In this document: positions 12,441 to 25,684 of the stretch, in pieces | Numbering within the stretch: position 1 is the first letter of the stretch | Layout: every line of letters begins with the position of its first letter | NCBI GenBank assembly: GCA_951406725.2 | Contig: OX597824.1 | Span: forward strand, 12,958,001 to 13,022,000 | Direction of reading: 5' to 3' | Length of the DNA stretch: 64,000 bases | DNA from: Octopus vulgaris | Lineage: Eukaryota | Notes under the pieces: generated by a model | Told to the model about the DNA's origin: nothing | Databases searched by the model: none | What the model saw: the letters and a program-made list of their open reading frames with translations, nothing else | Program-made: the position numbers and the translations under genes

Positions 12441-12992
12441 TTGGGTTGTCTAGAAAGTTCGTGCCGATTTATAGTAGCTTACCTTTTTATAGTATAACTT
12501 ACCTATTTTAGAACATGGTTGAGTCCATAAAATAGGATTTGATTACCATTTTGTTGCACAATGTGTCTCCATCTTTCCTTTAACTTGAAAATACCCTCTT
12601 CCCAGAATTCAGGTGGGTTCATGGCAAAGAATTCATCAAGGTATCTTTTTACATCATCAAAGGAATTGAAATTTTTACCATTAAGACTATTCTGCAGAGA
12701 CCTGAATAAGTGGAAATCCGAAGGAGCAATATCTGATGAATATGGAGGGTGGGGTAACACATCCCAGCCGAGCTGCAGCAATTTTTGTCTGGTTCCCAAA
12801 GCATCAAGTGCCGAAAATGAACTTTCTTATCTTCCATTTTAAAGGGTTACAGAATTAACACAGGTTATAGGAACATAAACCTTCTTCCACGAAAACATAG
12901 CTTAAACTGCGCTCTAAATGGAAGTGTAGTCAAATCCTCTTTTATGGACTCAACCATATTCTAAAATAAGTCGAACTTTCCGGACAACCCAA
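12441..12992 (-). mobile_element. Internally deleted mariner (Tc1/mariner, DD34D) transposon
   Basis: TIRs TTGGGTTGTC...GACAACCCAA flanked by TA. Transposase remnant WDVLPHPPYSSDIAPSDFHLFRSLQN (YSPDLAP motif). Confidence 0.92.
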
Positions 12993-13126
12993 TAAAATAC
13001 CAACCAGGAATTAGGTTGATTTAATATTCCTTAAAGTATCCAAGATGTAAATGGAATCAGAATAAAAGTCTAAGACAAAGATCCTTTCTAAAAACATCAC
13101 AGTAAAATTTTCATATAAAATCTCAC

Positions 13127-13242
13127 CTTATCTTTATGATGTAACATCTGTAAACTTGCAAAATCTCTTTTCTTCTCAAAGGCACTTGCACTCTTGACTT
13201 CTGGCATCATTTTGAAAGATACAGACTTCAGTTGCTCAGGAG
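13127..13242 (-). CDS. KIZ: Kizuna-like, exon 6 (PEQLKSVSFKMMPEVKSASAFEKKRDFASLQMLHHKDK)
   Basis: Strong AAG|GTGAGA donor and a weaker TAAAG acceptor. Its phase 1 to 0 is exactly what is needed to bridge exons 5 and 7. Confidence 0.65.
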
Positions 13243-15541
13243 CTTTATGTAAATTTGATTAAAATAACACATTAATTAATTAATTAATTTTGTTAAAGCA
13301 CAAGAAAAATTTTCACAAGGCAAGGGAATACTTTTGATTGGACTGCATGCCAGTATACTGGATTCAAATTTTGGCACAGGGTCAGCAATTTTGGGGCAGG
13401 GGGTAAGTCATTTACATCAATCATAGAGGCATGTGGCTTAGTGGTGAGGGTGCTGGACTCATGACCGTAAGATTGCGGTTTCAATTTCTGGATCAGGTGA
13501 TACATTGTATTCTTAAACAAAACACTTCATATCACATTGCTCCATCCAATTTGCTCAGCTGGCAAAAATGAGTCATCCTGTGACGGACTGGCATCACGTC
13601 CAGGTGGGGAAGTTATATACACCACTGAAACCGGGAAACTGACCCTTATGAGTCGATATAACTTGGTAAGGTAACTTTGTTTGTTGCTTCTCGAGCCACA
13701 CCTGGCTCATAACGGCCAGTTTCCCCGGTTTCCTTAGCATATAGGTTCCCCACCTGGACGAGACGCCGGTCCGTCGCAGGTGAGCTGCAAGATGCAGGAG
13801 GAAAGAGTGACAGAAAGTTGTGGCGAAAGAGTCAGCAGACGTTTGCTATTACCTTCTGCCGGAGCCGCATGGAGCTTAGGTGTTTTGCTCATAAACACAC
13901 ACATCGCCCGGTCTGAGATTCAGACCCACGATCCCTCGACAGCAAGTCCGCTGCTCTTACCACTAGGCCATATGCCTCCACATAAGGTAACTTTACCAAC
14001 TTTTAATTACATCAAACCCACTGATTGACTGATACTTAATTTATTGACTCCGAGAGGATGAAAGAGAAAGTCAACCTCGGTGGAATTTGAAGTTAAAGAT
14101 GGACAAAATGCTGTTAACCTTTTGTCTGGCATGCTAATGGTTAAGCCAACTTGCTGTTTTTTTGCACTCCAATATATCAATTGCAATTAGCACACCTGGC
14201 AAAATGCTTAGCAGTATTTCGTCTGTCTTTACATTGCGAGTTCAAATTCTGCCGAGGTCGACTTTGCCTTTCATCCTTTTGGGGTTGATAATGTAGTGTG
14301 AGGCCATTTTCAAATAGTAGCGCCAATTTGTGGTAGCTGGCAATATGACATAATGTCGTATTGCCGAAGAAATATGATTGTCGTTTCCCCATTGGTTGAA
14401 ATAACTGCTCATATAGGAATTCTGAAAATGAGTTAACGAATATTTTTATGTGATTTTGATTCTAAAAACCCTGGATTTTTGGGGAAAACTGGCTACAACA
14501 ATGATTTTACTTGGCTTGATGTGTCTTCCCAAGCACAGCAAATCGTCAAAGGTTTTGATTACTTGCCATTGGCCCTGCGAGACTCAATGTCCGAAGATCA
14601 TGCTTCACCACTTTGTCCTATATCTTTCTAGGTCTACCTCTAACACAGGTTCCCTTCACAGCTAAAGATTAGAACTTCTTTATGCAGCTTTCCTTATCCT
14701 CATCCTTTATGCAGCTTCCTCATCACATGGCCATACAAGTGCAGTCATCTCCCCTGCACATCACATTCGATGCCACTCATGGCCAATTTTTCTCTCAATA
14801 TACTTATACTCTGTTGTACATTCACATTAACATTGCATCTCCATGATGATAATAATAATAATTCTTTCAACTAGAGGCACAAGGTTGGAAATTTTGGAGA
14901 GTGGGGCTTGTTGATAACATTGACCCCAGTGCACAACTGGTACTTATTTTATTGACCCCAAAAAAATGAAAGGCAAAGTTGACTTCAGCAGAATTCAAAC
15001 AGGGAAAGACGTAAAAAATGCTCATAAGCATTTTGTCTGGCATGTATCTATTCCTATTTCTTTACTACCCACAAGGGGCTAAACACAGAGAGGACAGACA
15101 AACGGATTAAGTCAATTATATCAACCCCCAGTGCGTAACTGGTACTTATTTAATCGACCCCGAAAGGATGAAAGGCAAAGTCGACCTTGGCGGAATTTGA
15201 ACTCAGAACGTAGCGGCAGACGAAATACCATTGAGTGTTTTGCCCGGCGTGCTAATGATTCTGCCTGCTTCACCGCCTTTGTATCTATTCTGCTAACTCA
15301 TAGCCTTCTCAATAATGATGATGATAATAATAATAATAACGGTTTAAATTTTGGCACAAGGCTACTGGGTAAATGGTGAATTAATCGACTAATAATAATG
15401 AAAGAAGTGATGTAGAACCAGTGTGTGTATATGTGTTTATTATTGGCATGATGACCCTCCAAAGATAAAACAAAATCTGGTTCAACATAAGTTTGCCTCA
15501 AGAACCTTGCAAAACCAATTATATAAAATGAACTATTTTAC

Positions 15542-15785
15542 CTTTTACTTTGGATAGAATTGGTGGCTTGTCTGTCTGCGCAGCATCTTGTTCTTTCACT
15601 CCCTGCTGAGTAAATTGAACACTATCAGCTTTTATAAGTTGTTCTTTTGCTTCACCTAAAAGTGATACAGTTCCATCTGGGTGCTGTGAAATTTGTGAAT
15701 ATTTGGGGGTCATCTCTAAACTAGACTGAGTATAGCTAGGCTGCCTTTCTTTGTATGTCAGTACATTTAGTTCTGATAGGAAAAG
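15542..15785 (-). CDS. KIZ: Kizuna-like, exon 5 (LFLSELNVLTYKERQ...PPILSKVK)
   Basis: TTTCTCTCTCCCAG acceptor and G|GTAAAA donor; phase 0 to 1; lies within ORF 15519..15953. Confidence 0.75.
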
Positions 15786-16023
15786 CTGGGAGAGAGAAAT
15801 GAAAATAATTATTGTTAATTGAAATATATAGAATGATAAGACATCATCATTATCATCGTTTAACGTCCGTTTTCCATGCTGGCATGGGTTAGATGGGTTG
15901 TCTGAGGTCTGGCAAGCCAATGGGCTGTACCAGGCTCCAATCTGATCTGGCAATGTTTCTATAGCTGGATAACTTACCTAATGCCAACCACTCCGAGAGT
16001 GTAGTGGGTGCTTTTTACATGCC

Positions 16024-16915
16024 ACCGGCACAGGATCCAATCAGGGGGCACTGGATTCACCCACATTTGGATGGTGTTTTTTACATGCCATTAGCAAGGG
16101 AGCCTGTTGGGGCACTGGCATTGGCCACATTCGCATGGTGCTTTTTACGTGCCACTGGCACAGGAGCCAGTCAGGGAGCACTGGCATTGGCCACATTCGC
16201 ATGGTGCTTTTTACGTGCCACTGGCACAGGAGCCAGTCAGGGGGCACTGGCATTGGCCACATTCGCATGGTGCTTTTTACGTGCCACTGGCACAGGAGCC
16301 AGTCAGGGGGCACTGGCATTGGCCACATTCCCATGGTGCTTTTTAGGTGCCATTGGCACAGGAGCCTTCAGGGGGCACTGGCATTGGCTACATTCGCATG
16401 GTACTATTTACGTGCCACTGGCACAGGAGCCAGTCAGGGGGCACTGGCATTGGCCACATTCGCATGGTGCTTTTTACGTGCCACTGGCACATTCATGAAA
16501 AAAGTGAACGTTTTACGTGCCACTGGCACAGGAGCCTTCAGGGAGCACTGGCATTGGCCACATTCACATGGTACTTTTTACGTGTCACTGGCACAGGAGC
16601 CAGTCAGGGGTCACTGGCATTGGCCACATTCCCATGGTGCTTTTTAGGTGCCACTGGCACAGGAGCCAGTCAGGGGGCACTGGATTCACCCACATTTGGA
16701 TGGTGTTTTTTACATGCCATTAGCAAGGGAGCCTGTTGGGGCACTGGCATTGGCCACATTCGCATGGTGCTTTTTACGTGCCACTGGCACAGGAGCCAGT
16801 CAGGGGGCACTGGCATTGACTCTCAAGTTTCTTGTCCCTCGGAGCACAGGAGTCAGTCAGGGGGCACTGGCCACATTCGCATGGTGCTTTTTACGTGCCA
16901 CTGGCACATTCATGA
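16024..16915 (+). repeat. ~59-bp tandem expansion of the internal module of a SINE-like repeat
   Basis: Unit GGCACTGGCATTGGCCACATTCGCATGGTGCTTTTTACGTGCCACTGGCACAGGAGCCAGTCAG. The same module occurs in fewer copies at 2250-2470, 8340-8790 and 10710-10850. Confidence 0.85.
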
Positions 16916-16995
16916 AAAAAGTGAACGTTAAAGTGATGATGGTCTTGATGATGAAAATATCAGATGCATAATGTATTTCTGGAGAATTAGCTTAC

Positions 16996-17376
16996 ATTGG
17001 AAACATCTCTTTTACTCTTTTACTTGTTTCAGATCATGTATTCATTAGGATTCATTAAGAGATGATCCCCGTCAAAATTCTGCTTAACTGGCACAACCTC
17101 AGGATCACATCTGTTGTTTGCCTGTCCTTGAAATCCTCCTGATGTTACCCCCATCTTTGGTTGGTGCTGACCAAAATAGTATTTACTCTCAAGCGATGTT
17201 GGGGGGACAAACACACATATATATATACATATACATATAGCTGCCACATGACCTGGTTGGTTCTGGTTAAACTCAGGATTCCTCCCACGACAAAATAACA
17301 TCACTTGCTTCTCCAACTCATTAGCATATTGTTTCCAGTTTGGATAATCTCTTGCAATTATCTTTCTGCAATCAAC
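16996..17376 (-). CDS. KIZ: Kizuna-like, exon 4 (VDCRKIIARDYPNWKQYANELEKQ...RDVSN); as assembled it contains SINE-identical patches with in-frame stops
   Basis: TCTTGCAG acceptor at 17377-78 and GTAAG donor at 16994-95; 381 nt, phase 0 to 0. The stops at about 17031 and 17022 lie inside a patch identical to the neighbouring SINE. Confidence 0.6.
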
Positions 17377-17952
17377 CTGCAAGATAAACGGCTTGGATTA
17401 GGTCTTAGATTTTAAAATATCAGATGCATTTTTATGTATTTCTGGAGAATTATGACATACTCTCTCTCTTTTACTCTTTTACTTGTTTCAGTCATGTGAC
17501 TGTGGCCATGCTGGAGCACCGCCTTTAGTCAACTAAATCGACCCCAGGACTTATTCTTTATAAGCCTAGTACTTATTCTATCGGTTTCTTTTGCCGAACT
17601 GCTATGTTATGGGGACATAAACACACCAGCATCAGTTGTCAAGCGATGTTGGGGGGGACAAACACACATATATATATACATATACATATATATGATGGGC
17701 TTCTTTCAGTTTCCGTCTACCAAATCCACTCACAAGGCTTTGGTTGGCCCGAGACTATAGTAGAAGACACTTGCCCAAGGTGCCACGCAGTGGGACTGAA
17801 CCCGGAACCATGTGGTTGGTAAGCAAGTTACTAACCACACAGCCACTCCTGCACCTTACATATACATGTGGAAATTAGATTTAGTCTCTTTTATTTTAGC
17901 TTGAGACCTCCAATTCCTTTTCACAGAACTATACTTTCATTTACGATTTTGA

Positions 17953-18033
17953 AGCTCTGATGAAGCTATAAGGTGATGCACAATAACTCAACAATGAGTC
18001 TATTGCATCTCATAGCAGAAACAGCTGTAAGCT
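17953..18033 (+). ncRNA. Hammerhead-like motif (Penelope-type), non-canonical stem II base
   Basis: AGCU-CUGAUGA-A-GCUAU...AUAGC-A-GAAA-CAGCUG-UA/AGCU. Degenerate relatives at ~9277-9346 (+) and ~4574-4633 (-). Confidence 0.6.
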
Positions 18034-20381
18034 AATACAATTCATGAAATAATTTCTTATTCCCTGTCATTTTAATCTCTTACTAAAAGGTCTTGACTGA
18101 TGCTTTGTTCTGAATTCTGAAGTGTATGAAAACTGGGTTCTAACACCAGGTTATCAGTATTGCTATGCTCAAGTGCAATAAGACACACACACGCATAAAT
18201 GATATATATATATATATATAAAGGTTATTTGCCAACATAATGTGGCTGCTCTGGAAGGGATGAGTGTTACTGTTGTTTAGCCCCAGGAAACATTGTTCCT
18301 AGCTGGTTATACAACAGGGTATCTGTCATGTAGCAAGCTGGAAATGATGTTTCCTGGGGCTGAACAACAATAACAATCATACCTTCTAGGACAGCCACAT
18401 TATGTTGGCAAACAGCCTTTACTTTTGGACGATTTGACTGAGGTCTGGCGAACCAGATGGCTGCACCAGGCTCCAATCTGATGTGGCAGAGTTTCTATAG
18501 CTGGATGCCCTTCCTAATGCCAACCACTCCGAGAGTGTAGTGGGTGCTTTTACGTGCCACCAGCACGAGGGCCAGTCTGGTGGTACTGGCAACGACCTCG
18601 CTCGAATGGTGTTTTTTATGTTCCACCTGCATGGGAGCCAGTCCAGCGGCACTGGCAATGACCTTGCTCAAATATATATACATTATTTTGCTGAGGCATA
18701 GCAATGCTTAATAATTTGGTGAGAACTAAATATATGTATAGTTTAGAACTAAACATCAGACAAGTACAGACCTATAATAAGAGTTCAAAATGACATGGAA
18801 TATGATATTATGTCAGAGCTTATTTATAAACAAGAGATCAAATTGTATGTATGCCACTATATTTTCTTATATATAAAAAATACAAAAATGGGACAAGAAC
18901 GTACAACATCCAGACAGTGATGGAAAAAAGGGACAACAAAACATCCAGACAGATAATATAAAGAAAACAAGGATGAATCATTCAGAGTTTTCTATCCTCA
19001 GTCGAGTTCCAGATTATCTTTGCAATTTCAGCTGGTTCTACTCGAGATTGCTCCACTCTGGCCAGCCCCAAGGAACAACTAAGCTAAGAGCATTAGATTC
19101 CTTGGAAGAAAGAAGTGAATGTATATGAAAACAAGGAAAGAAAAAAAACGGAGAATGTTACACAAATACAAATAACAGGACATAACAACAGGTATCTTTC
19201 GACTAAGGACGAATTAAATTAAGCTGGCGCATGAGGAAGTAAAGCCTTATGGCAGGGACACCCATTTGGCTTAGGCAAGTATGGAAAAGTGGATGTTAAA
19301 TGAAGATCACAGACACACACAAATATATATACATGAAAGGTTCATCCAGAGAAATTGAAGACATGCTAGAGAAGCAGCAGGTAGCTGTGTACATGAAGCA
19401 AGATGGAGCAGAACCGCATCAAGCCTCTTTCTAGGTAAGGAACACAGGTACAAATTCTTCTGAGTTGAGAACAGTGCTGGAGTTTGTAAATGGTTAAAGT
19501 CCCTGATGTAATCAAAGTCTGCTAGACTTAGACTAGCCATATAGAACATAACAATAAGATGAGTGACAGATGAATAAAAGTCTCACAAGCTATTACAATA
19601 GGAGACTTGTTATAACAGCTTTAATAGGCATGCAGGAAAAAGCTATGTTGGTTATTCTCATATGCACATTGAGACCCCCTTCGGTCATGACTGACCGTGG
19701 GATTGCATCTAGAAAGTTACCCTCTCAGGTACAAGTCCGGGCAAGGCTATTTATGGAAGACCAGCAGTTGCCCATGCATACCAGCCTGCACTCTCCACGC
19801 CACTGATGTTATCCAAGGGAAAGGTAAAGGGGCCGATACAGCTTGGCACCTGCGATGTCACAACTCATTTCTACAGCTGAGTGAACTGGAAGAACGTGAA
19901 ATAAAGTGTTTTGCTCAAGGACACAACACGCAGCCCGGTCCGGGATTCGAACTGACAACCTCACAATCGTAAGCTCAATGCTCTAACCACTGAGCCATGT
20001 GCCTTCACAATGCACATTACATTAGTGAGTATAACTAGTACTTCACTTGTACTTGTTGGAACATTTCTATTGTAATTGTGAATAGCAAGAACCTCATAAC
20101 AGTCTATATATTCTTTTACTTGCTTCAGTCATTTGACTATGGCCATGCTGGAGCAGCATCTTGGAATATATATATATGAACAATATTATATAATTATGAG
20201 TATAATTATAATTAAGGTTCAGTGAAAATTTGCTTCACCAACATACCGAACTTTAGAAATAGCAGCCAAAGAACCTTAGCTATTTCTTCTTCTATTAGAA
20301 GAAACTCCCAGACAACAAATACTCAAAACAACCCACGTAGACAGAGAGGAAAAACAACGAAATTCACTCGGTATTTGATTA

Positions 20382-20464
20382 CCTGTGGACGCGTTTCGGA
20401 AATAGATCGGTATGAAGAATGTAAAAATCACACTTCATCCAAACATTTTCCTCCTCAGCACAGG
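20382..20464 (-). ncRNA. Minimal type I hammerhead ribozyme (Penelope-type)
   Basis: CCUGUG-CUGAGGA-GGAAA...UUUCC-GAAA-CGCG-UC/CACAGG: 6-bp stem I, G-C-closed stem II, palindromic stem III, GUC triplet. Confidence 0.8.
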
Positions 20465-20559
20465 ATTTCAAGATTTTAAATTTGAGAGCACTGAAAAAAT
20501 TGAACATACCTATCCAATTCAAATAGTATCAGATAAACTATATCCAATGACCAGTACCA

Positions 20560-20633
<74 letters not shown>

Positions 20634-20972
20634 TCTTTATAAAAAGACTATCAAGTGACATAGAGATTTACATTTATGATTGGGATGGATCTACTGGAGC
20701 AATTGTTTCTATAGTTGGATAGCAGCCTTCTCTGCAGCTAAACATTCAGTTGTGATGTAGAGAAGAGAAACCTATCATTTTCCTTTAGTTGAGTGAAAAG
20801 CAAACTGGAGTAACCAGAGTTAGTTGTCTTGCTTTACAGTACAAAACAACAGTTGCAGCTGTATGGTTAGTAGTCTAGCACCTTAACCACACAACCATTA
20901 TATGCATCACCACTGTATACATTACCATTGCATGCATCACCACCTTCACCACCACCACTACTACTGCTTTAC

Positions 20973-21135
20973 CTTTAATTGTTTCAGTTTATTAGAACAA
21001 GACAGCAAATCTTCAAGAGAAAGTTCCATATTATTTAGACGTCGCATGATTTTGGCATTCCGCTTCTTAGAGCTTCTTTCTTCTTCATAAAGGTTCTTTA
21101 GCCTTGACTTGATCAGCTCTGCTTTATGTTTTGCA
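20973..21135 (-). CDS. KIZ: Kizuna-like, exon 3, coiled coil (AKHKAELIKSRLKNLYEEERSSKKRNAKIMRRLNNMELSLEDLLSCSNKLKQLK)
   Basis: TTGCAG acceptor and AAG|GTAAAG donor; phase 2 to 0. Matches the kizuna pattern LK.YLKEI.ESE..A..RN...L.R...........KL..LK. Confidence 0.85.
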
Positions 21136-22691
21136 CTGCAAGTATTAAGCAAAATAAATTGAAAAGTTAGGAGTTTTATTTTGCCAATTGAACACAGTAT
21201 TAATGATATACTGCGTTTTTTGATAAGTATGTGAAAAGATACATCCTTTTAACACTATATCTGGAAATTGTGTCCTATGTGTGTTGAGATTTAGATATAT
21301 GTGACAGAATTTTAAATAACAAACTTTTCATTTTTGTATTTCATAAAAATAGTTGTCTTCTTCAAGGTAGAAGCATTTGTAGGCTTTGTCTCAAATAAGT
21401 TATGTTTTATACCACCATCATCATCATTGTCATTGTTGTTGTTTGATGCCTGTTTTCCATGCTGGCATGGGTTAGATTGTTTGCCAGTGACACGTAAAAA
21501 GCACCGTCCGAACGTGGCAGATGCCAGCGCTGCCTGACTGGCATCTGTGTCGGTGACACGTAAAAGCACCAACCGATCATGGCCGTTTGCCAGCCTCCTC
21601 TGGCCCTCGTGCCGGTGGTGCATAAAAATCACTCACGGAAGGGTTGGCGTTAGGAAGGGCATCAAGCTGTAGAAACACTGCCAGATCAGACTGGAGCCTG
21701 GTGCAGCCTCCTGGCTTCCTAGACCCCGGTCGAAACGTCCAACCCATGCTAGCATAGAAAACAGATGTTAAATGATGATGATGATGATGATGATGAGCTG
21801 ACAGGCCAGAGGACTGAGCCAAGCTCCAATGACTGTTTTGGCATGGTTTCTATGGCTGGATGCCTTTCTTAGTGCCAACCACTTCACAGAGTGTAATGGG
21901 CACCTTTTATGTGATTACTGGCACTAATGATGTCAGCAAGTAACTTGCAAGACAAGACCACTCAACTAAGTGGGGCTTAGTATTGAGGGAGGTGGTTTTA
22001 TGCAAAGTGATGAGAGGTTACAGTATGATAAAGGGACGTAAACAGGTGTCTTGTAGTGGAGAAGATACATAGCTAATGCAGCTGCAGAAGGAGAAAAGAT
22101 GGTAAAAAGGCATCAGGGCCCTTAAGTTAGAAAGAAGGTGAACATAAGAGAAGTAGTCCAAAGGATTGGACAGAGTGAATGAACAAGTAAGTTCACAAGA
22201 GTGTGAAAGGGGAGTAGCAGATGGATAGCGTGGAGGCCCATGGCCTAGTGGTTAGGGCAGCGGACTTCACGGTCGAGGGATCGTGGGTTTGAATCTCAGA
22301 CCGGGCAATGTGTGTGTTTATGAGCGAAACACCTCAGCTCCACGCGGCTCCGGCAGAAGGTGATGGCGAACTTCTGCTGACTCTTTCGCCACAACTTTCT
22401 CTCACTCTTTCCTCCTGCACCTTGCAGCTCACCTGCGACAGACCGGCGTCCCGTCCAGGTGGGGAACCTATACGCCAAGGAAACCGGGGAAACTGGCCCT
22501 TAGGAGCCAGGCACAGCTCGGGAAGGAACAAACAAACAAACAAGATGGATAGCAATGGAGATAGAAGGAGATATAATATCATGTATTTATATTTGAATAA
22601 TGGTTTTATATGCATCAACGTTGTTTTAATATTAAATATAAGTCAATGTTGTTTTGGTCTTGTGCATGGATCAATGTTCAAATATTGTATA

Positions 22692-23070
22692 CTAGCAGTA
22701 TCGCCCGGCGTTGCTCAGGTTTGTAAGGGAAATAACTATAAAGCATTTTTAGAGAGTTATAGCCAAAAAATAGCAAAAAAATGGGAAAAAAATGATGGTA
22801 AATTTTTTTTGAGAGTTAAAAAAGGTGGAGTCCCCTAGACGGTCTGTGGTTTGGGTTTCTGATTCTCGACCCCATGTCGAATTTATCGATTTTTTTCAGA
22901 ACTGGGGGAACTTTTCAAAATTTTCGCTGCGTTAGTTTTGAATTATGACATTGGGCTATGTGTGTGTCAAGTTTCATCAGAATCGGTTGAAAGCCGTGGT
23001 CAGGGTGAGGATACAACCTGACAGACACACAGACACACACAGAGACAAACTGCCGTTTATATAGAGAGAG
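22692..23070 (-). mobile_element. Non-autonomous Helitron
   Basis: On the minus strand: 5' A|TCTCTCTCTATATAAA, 3' hairpin CCTGAGCAACGCCGGG followed 8 nt later by CTAG|T; no TSD. Confidence 0.75.
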
Positions 23071-24813
23071 ATAAATTGATATGCATTTAATACTGCTTGA
23101 GAAGAAGAGCCATCAAGCTGAGTGAAATCATAGTTGTGGCAGATACCGGTGTCACACAACTGGCACCCATGCCAGTGGCACATAAGAGCACCCATTACAT
23201 TCTCAGAGTGGTTGGCATTAGGAAGGGCATCCAGCCGTTGAAACCATACCAAATCAGACTGCAGTCTAGTGCAGCCCCTTACCAGTTCTGTTCAAACTAT
23301 CCAACCCATGCCAGCATGGACAACGGATGTTAAATGATGATGATGACGATGATGATTGTATATGGCTTAATGTTGATTTAATACAATATGTATAAATATT
23401 GTTTTAATACAGAATATAAAGCAAAGATGTTTTAATTGCATATGAGTTAATTTTCATACTTTGTATAAATCAATGTTGTTTTAATATTACCATCCAACCC
23501 ACGCCAGCATGGAAAAAGAGACGTTAAATGATGATTACACACACACACACACATATTGACAATAAATATATAATTATTATATATTAGGGCAGTGAGCTGG
23601 CAGAATCGTTAACATGCCGGACGAAATGCTTAGCAGTATTTTGTCTGCCAGTATTTCGTTTTGAGTTCAAATTCCACCGAGGTCGTCTTTGCCTTTCATC
23701 CTTTCGGGATCAAATAAAAATAAGTACCAGTTACAAACAGGGGTCGATGTAATCGACTTAATCCCTTTGTCTGTTCTTGTTTCTTCCCTCTATGTTTAGC
23801 TCCCTGTGGGCAATAAATAAATATATAATTATTATTGAACTGAACTGACTGCATTGGTGCGGTGCTAGCTCAAAGGTAGAGCAATGAGTTAAAAACATAA
23901 GAATGCTAAATCCCACACCCTTAGTTTCTGGGTTCAAATTTGAACCTTGTTGGCATTTTTCAATAAAACTAGTGTTAGTATTATGTTACAGATAATCCAG
24001 TTGATTATATATTCTTCCCAATAAAGCATTCCTACCATCACCACCACCAGTCATCAATTATCTTTTTATGTCTCTTTCTTATGCAGACATGAGTTGGATG
24101 GTTTGACAGGGCTTGATGGGTCCCGGGGTTGTACAGTGCTACAATGTCTGCTTTGGCCATGGTTTCTACAGCCAGATGCCTTCCTTAATGCAATCCGTTT
24201 TACTGATTGTATTGGGTAACCTTTTACATGGTCCCAGCACTAACGTGATCCCAGTGTAACTCAGAAGACTACCAAGATCCCCTTTGAAAGGGGCTAGAGT
24301 ACAAAGGAGAGGCCGGACTATGCTAGGCAATAATAGGCTAAAATATGAAGGCGGCAAGCTGGCAGAACCGTTAGTATGCTGGGCGGAATGCGTAGCCGTA
24401 TTTTGTCTGCCGTTACGTTCTGAGTTCAAATTCCTCCGAGGTCGACTTTGCCTTTCATCCTTTCGGGGTCGATAAATTAAGTACCAGTTATGCACTGGGG
24501 GGGTTTCGATGTAATTGACTAAATCTGTTTGTCTGTCCTTGTTTGTCCCCTCCATTTTGGCCCTTGTGGGTGATAAAGAAACAAATAATAGGCTAAAATA
24601 TGGAAGAATGAATGAGAACTGAGACAGGTTTCTTGTGTAGAGAGCGATATAACTAATATCATACAATTGTTAGCATGAGCAATCAAGGTGAATTATGCAA
24701 AAACAAAAAAAAACCTGAAACAAATAAAAATTCAATAAAACCGTATATAATAAAAAACAAATAAAATATCCAATAAAATTACATAATAAAAAACAAAATA
24801 AAACAACACTTAC

Positions 24814-24876
24814 TGTTTTGGTTTAAGTTTATCCAATTCACATAATTGCATTTCCAAATTAACCCTCTCCCTTTCA
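24814..24876 (-). CDS. KIZ: Kizuna-like, exon 2 (ERERVNLEMQLCELDKLKPK)
   Basis: TTTTCATATTTCAG acceptor and GTAAGT donor; 63 nt, phase 2 to 2, compatible with both neighbours. Confidence 0.82.
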
Positions 24877-24911
24877 CTGAAATATGAAAATAGTAATTAT
24901 TCTATAGTAAA

Positions 24912-25295
24912 CTAGCAGTATCGCCCGGCGTTGCTCGGGTTTGTAAGGGAAAGAACTATATAAGCATTTTTAGAGAGTTATAGCCAAAAAATAGCAAAAA
25001 GATGCATTAAAAATGGAAAAAAATGATGGTAAATTTTTTTTTAAATCGTTGACTCATTGTAGACGCGCGCTAATACTCAGACGGGCTCGATATGAATCAC
25101 GACTATAAGATATCAGGTTTTGGTTAAACTGCACCGCAAAATGTGGGAGTAGTTAGGAATCTAAATCGTAGGAGACAGACACACAACTTCACTTTTATAT
25201 ATAAAGATATTAAACAAAAATAATGCGAATATGAGTGCATTCTCAGGCGGTTTCAGTAGGAGACAGACACACAACTTCACTTTTATATATAAAGA
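24912..25295 (-). mobile_element. Non-autonomous Helitron with a duplicated 5' terminus
   Basis: Same 3' hairpin plus CTAG. The 5' end TCTTTATATATAAAAGTGAAGTTG appears twice (~25207 and ~25295). Confidence 0.75.
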
Positions 25296-25514
25296 TTTGG
25301 ATTAGATTAAAACATTTTTTTTTAATAAGAAAACTGATGAGTAGGCACAGGAGTGGCTGTGTGATAAGTAGCTTGCTTACCAACCACATGGTTCCAGGTT
25401 CAGTCCCACTGCATGGCACCTTGGGCAAGTGTCTTCTACTATAGCCTCGGGCTGACCAAAGCCTTGTGAGTGGATTTGGTAGACAGAAACTGAAAGAAGC
25501 CCGTTGTATATATG

Positions 25515-25565
<51 letters not shown>

Positions 25566-25684
25566 ACAATAAAGGAACGGCCATAATAGGCCATTCACCC
25601 ACTAGAAATAACAGCCAAAGCTTCAACCGCAAATAAAAGTTAATTCAGTAAACCAGGAGAAAATTTAAAAACATTTACCCTGTA

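Noticed and set aside
16004-16971. Overlapping repeat ORFs or CRISPR-like periodicity
   Set aside because: A 59-bp unit (not a multiple of 3) derived from a SINE module, with no spacers.
19307-19549. 80-aa ORF as an extra KIZ exon
   Set aside because: No convincing splice sites or homology, and exons 3 and 4 already join in phase.
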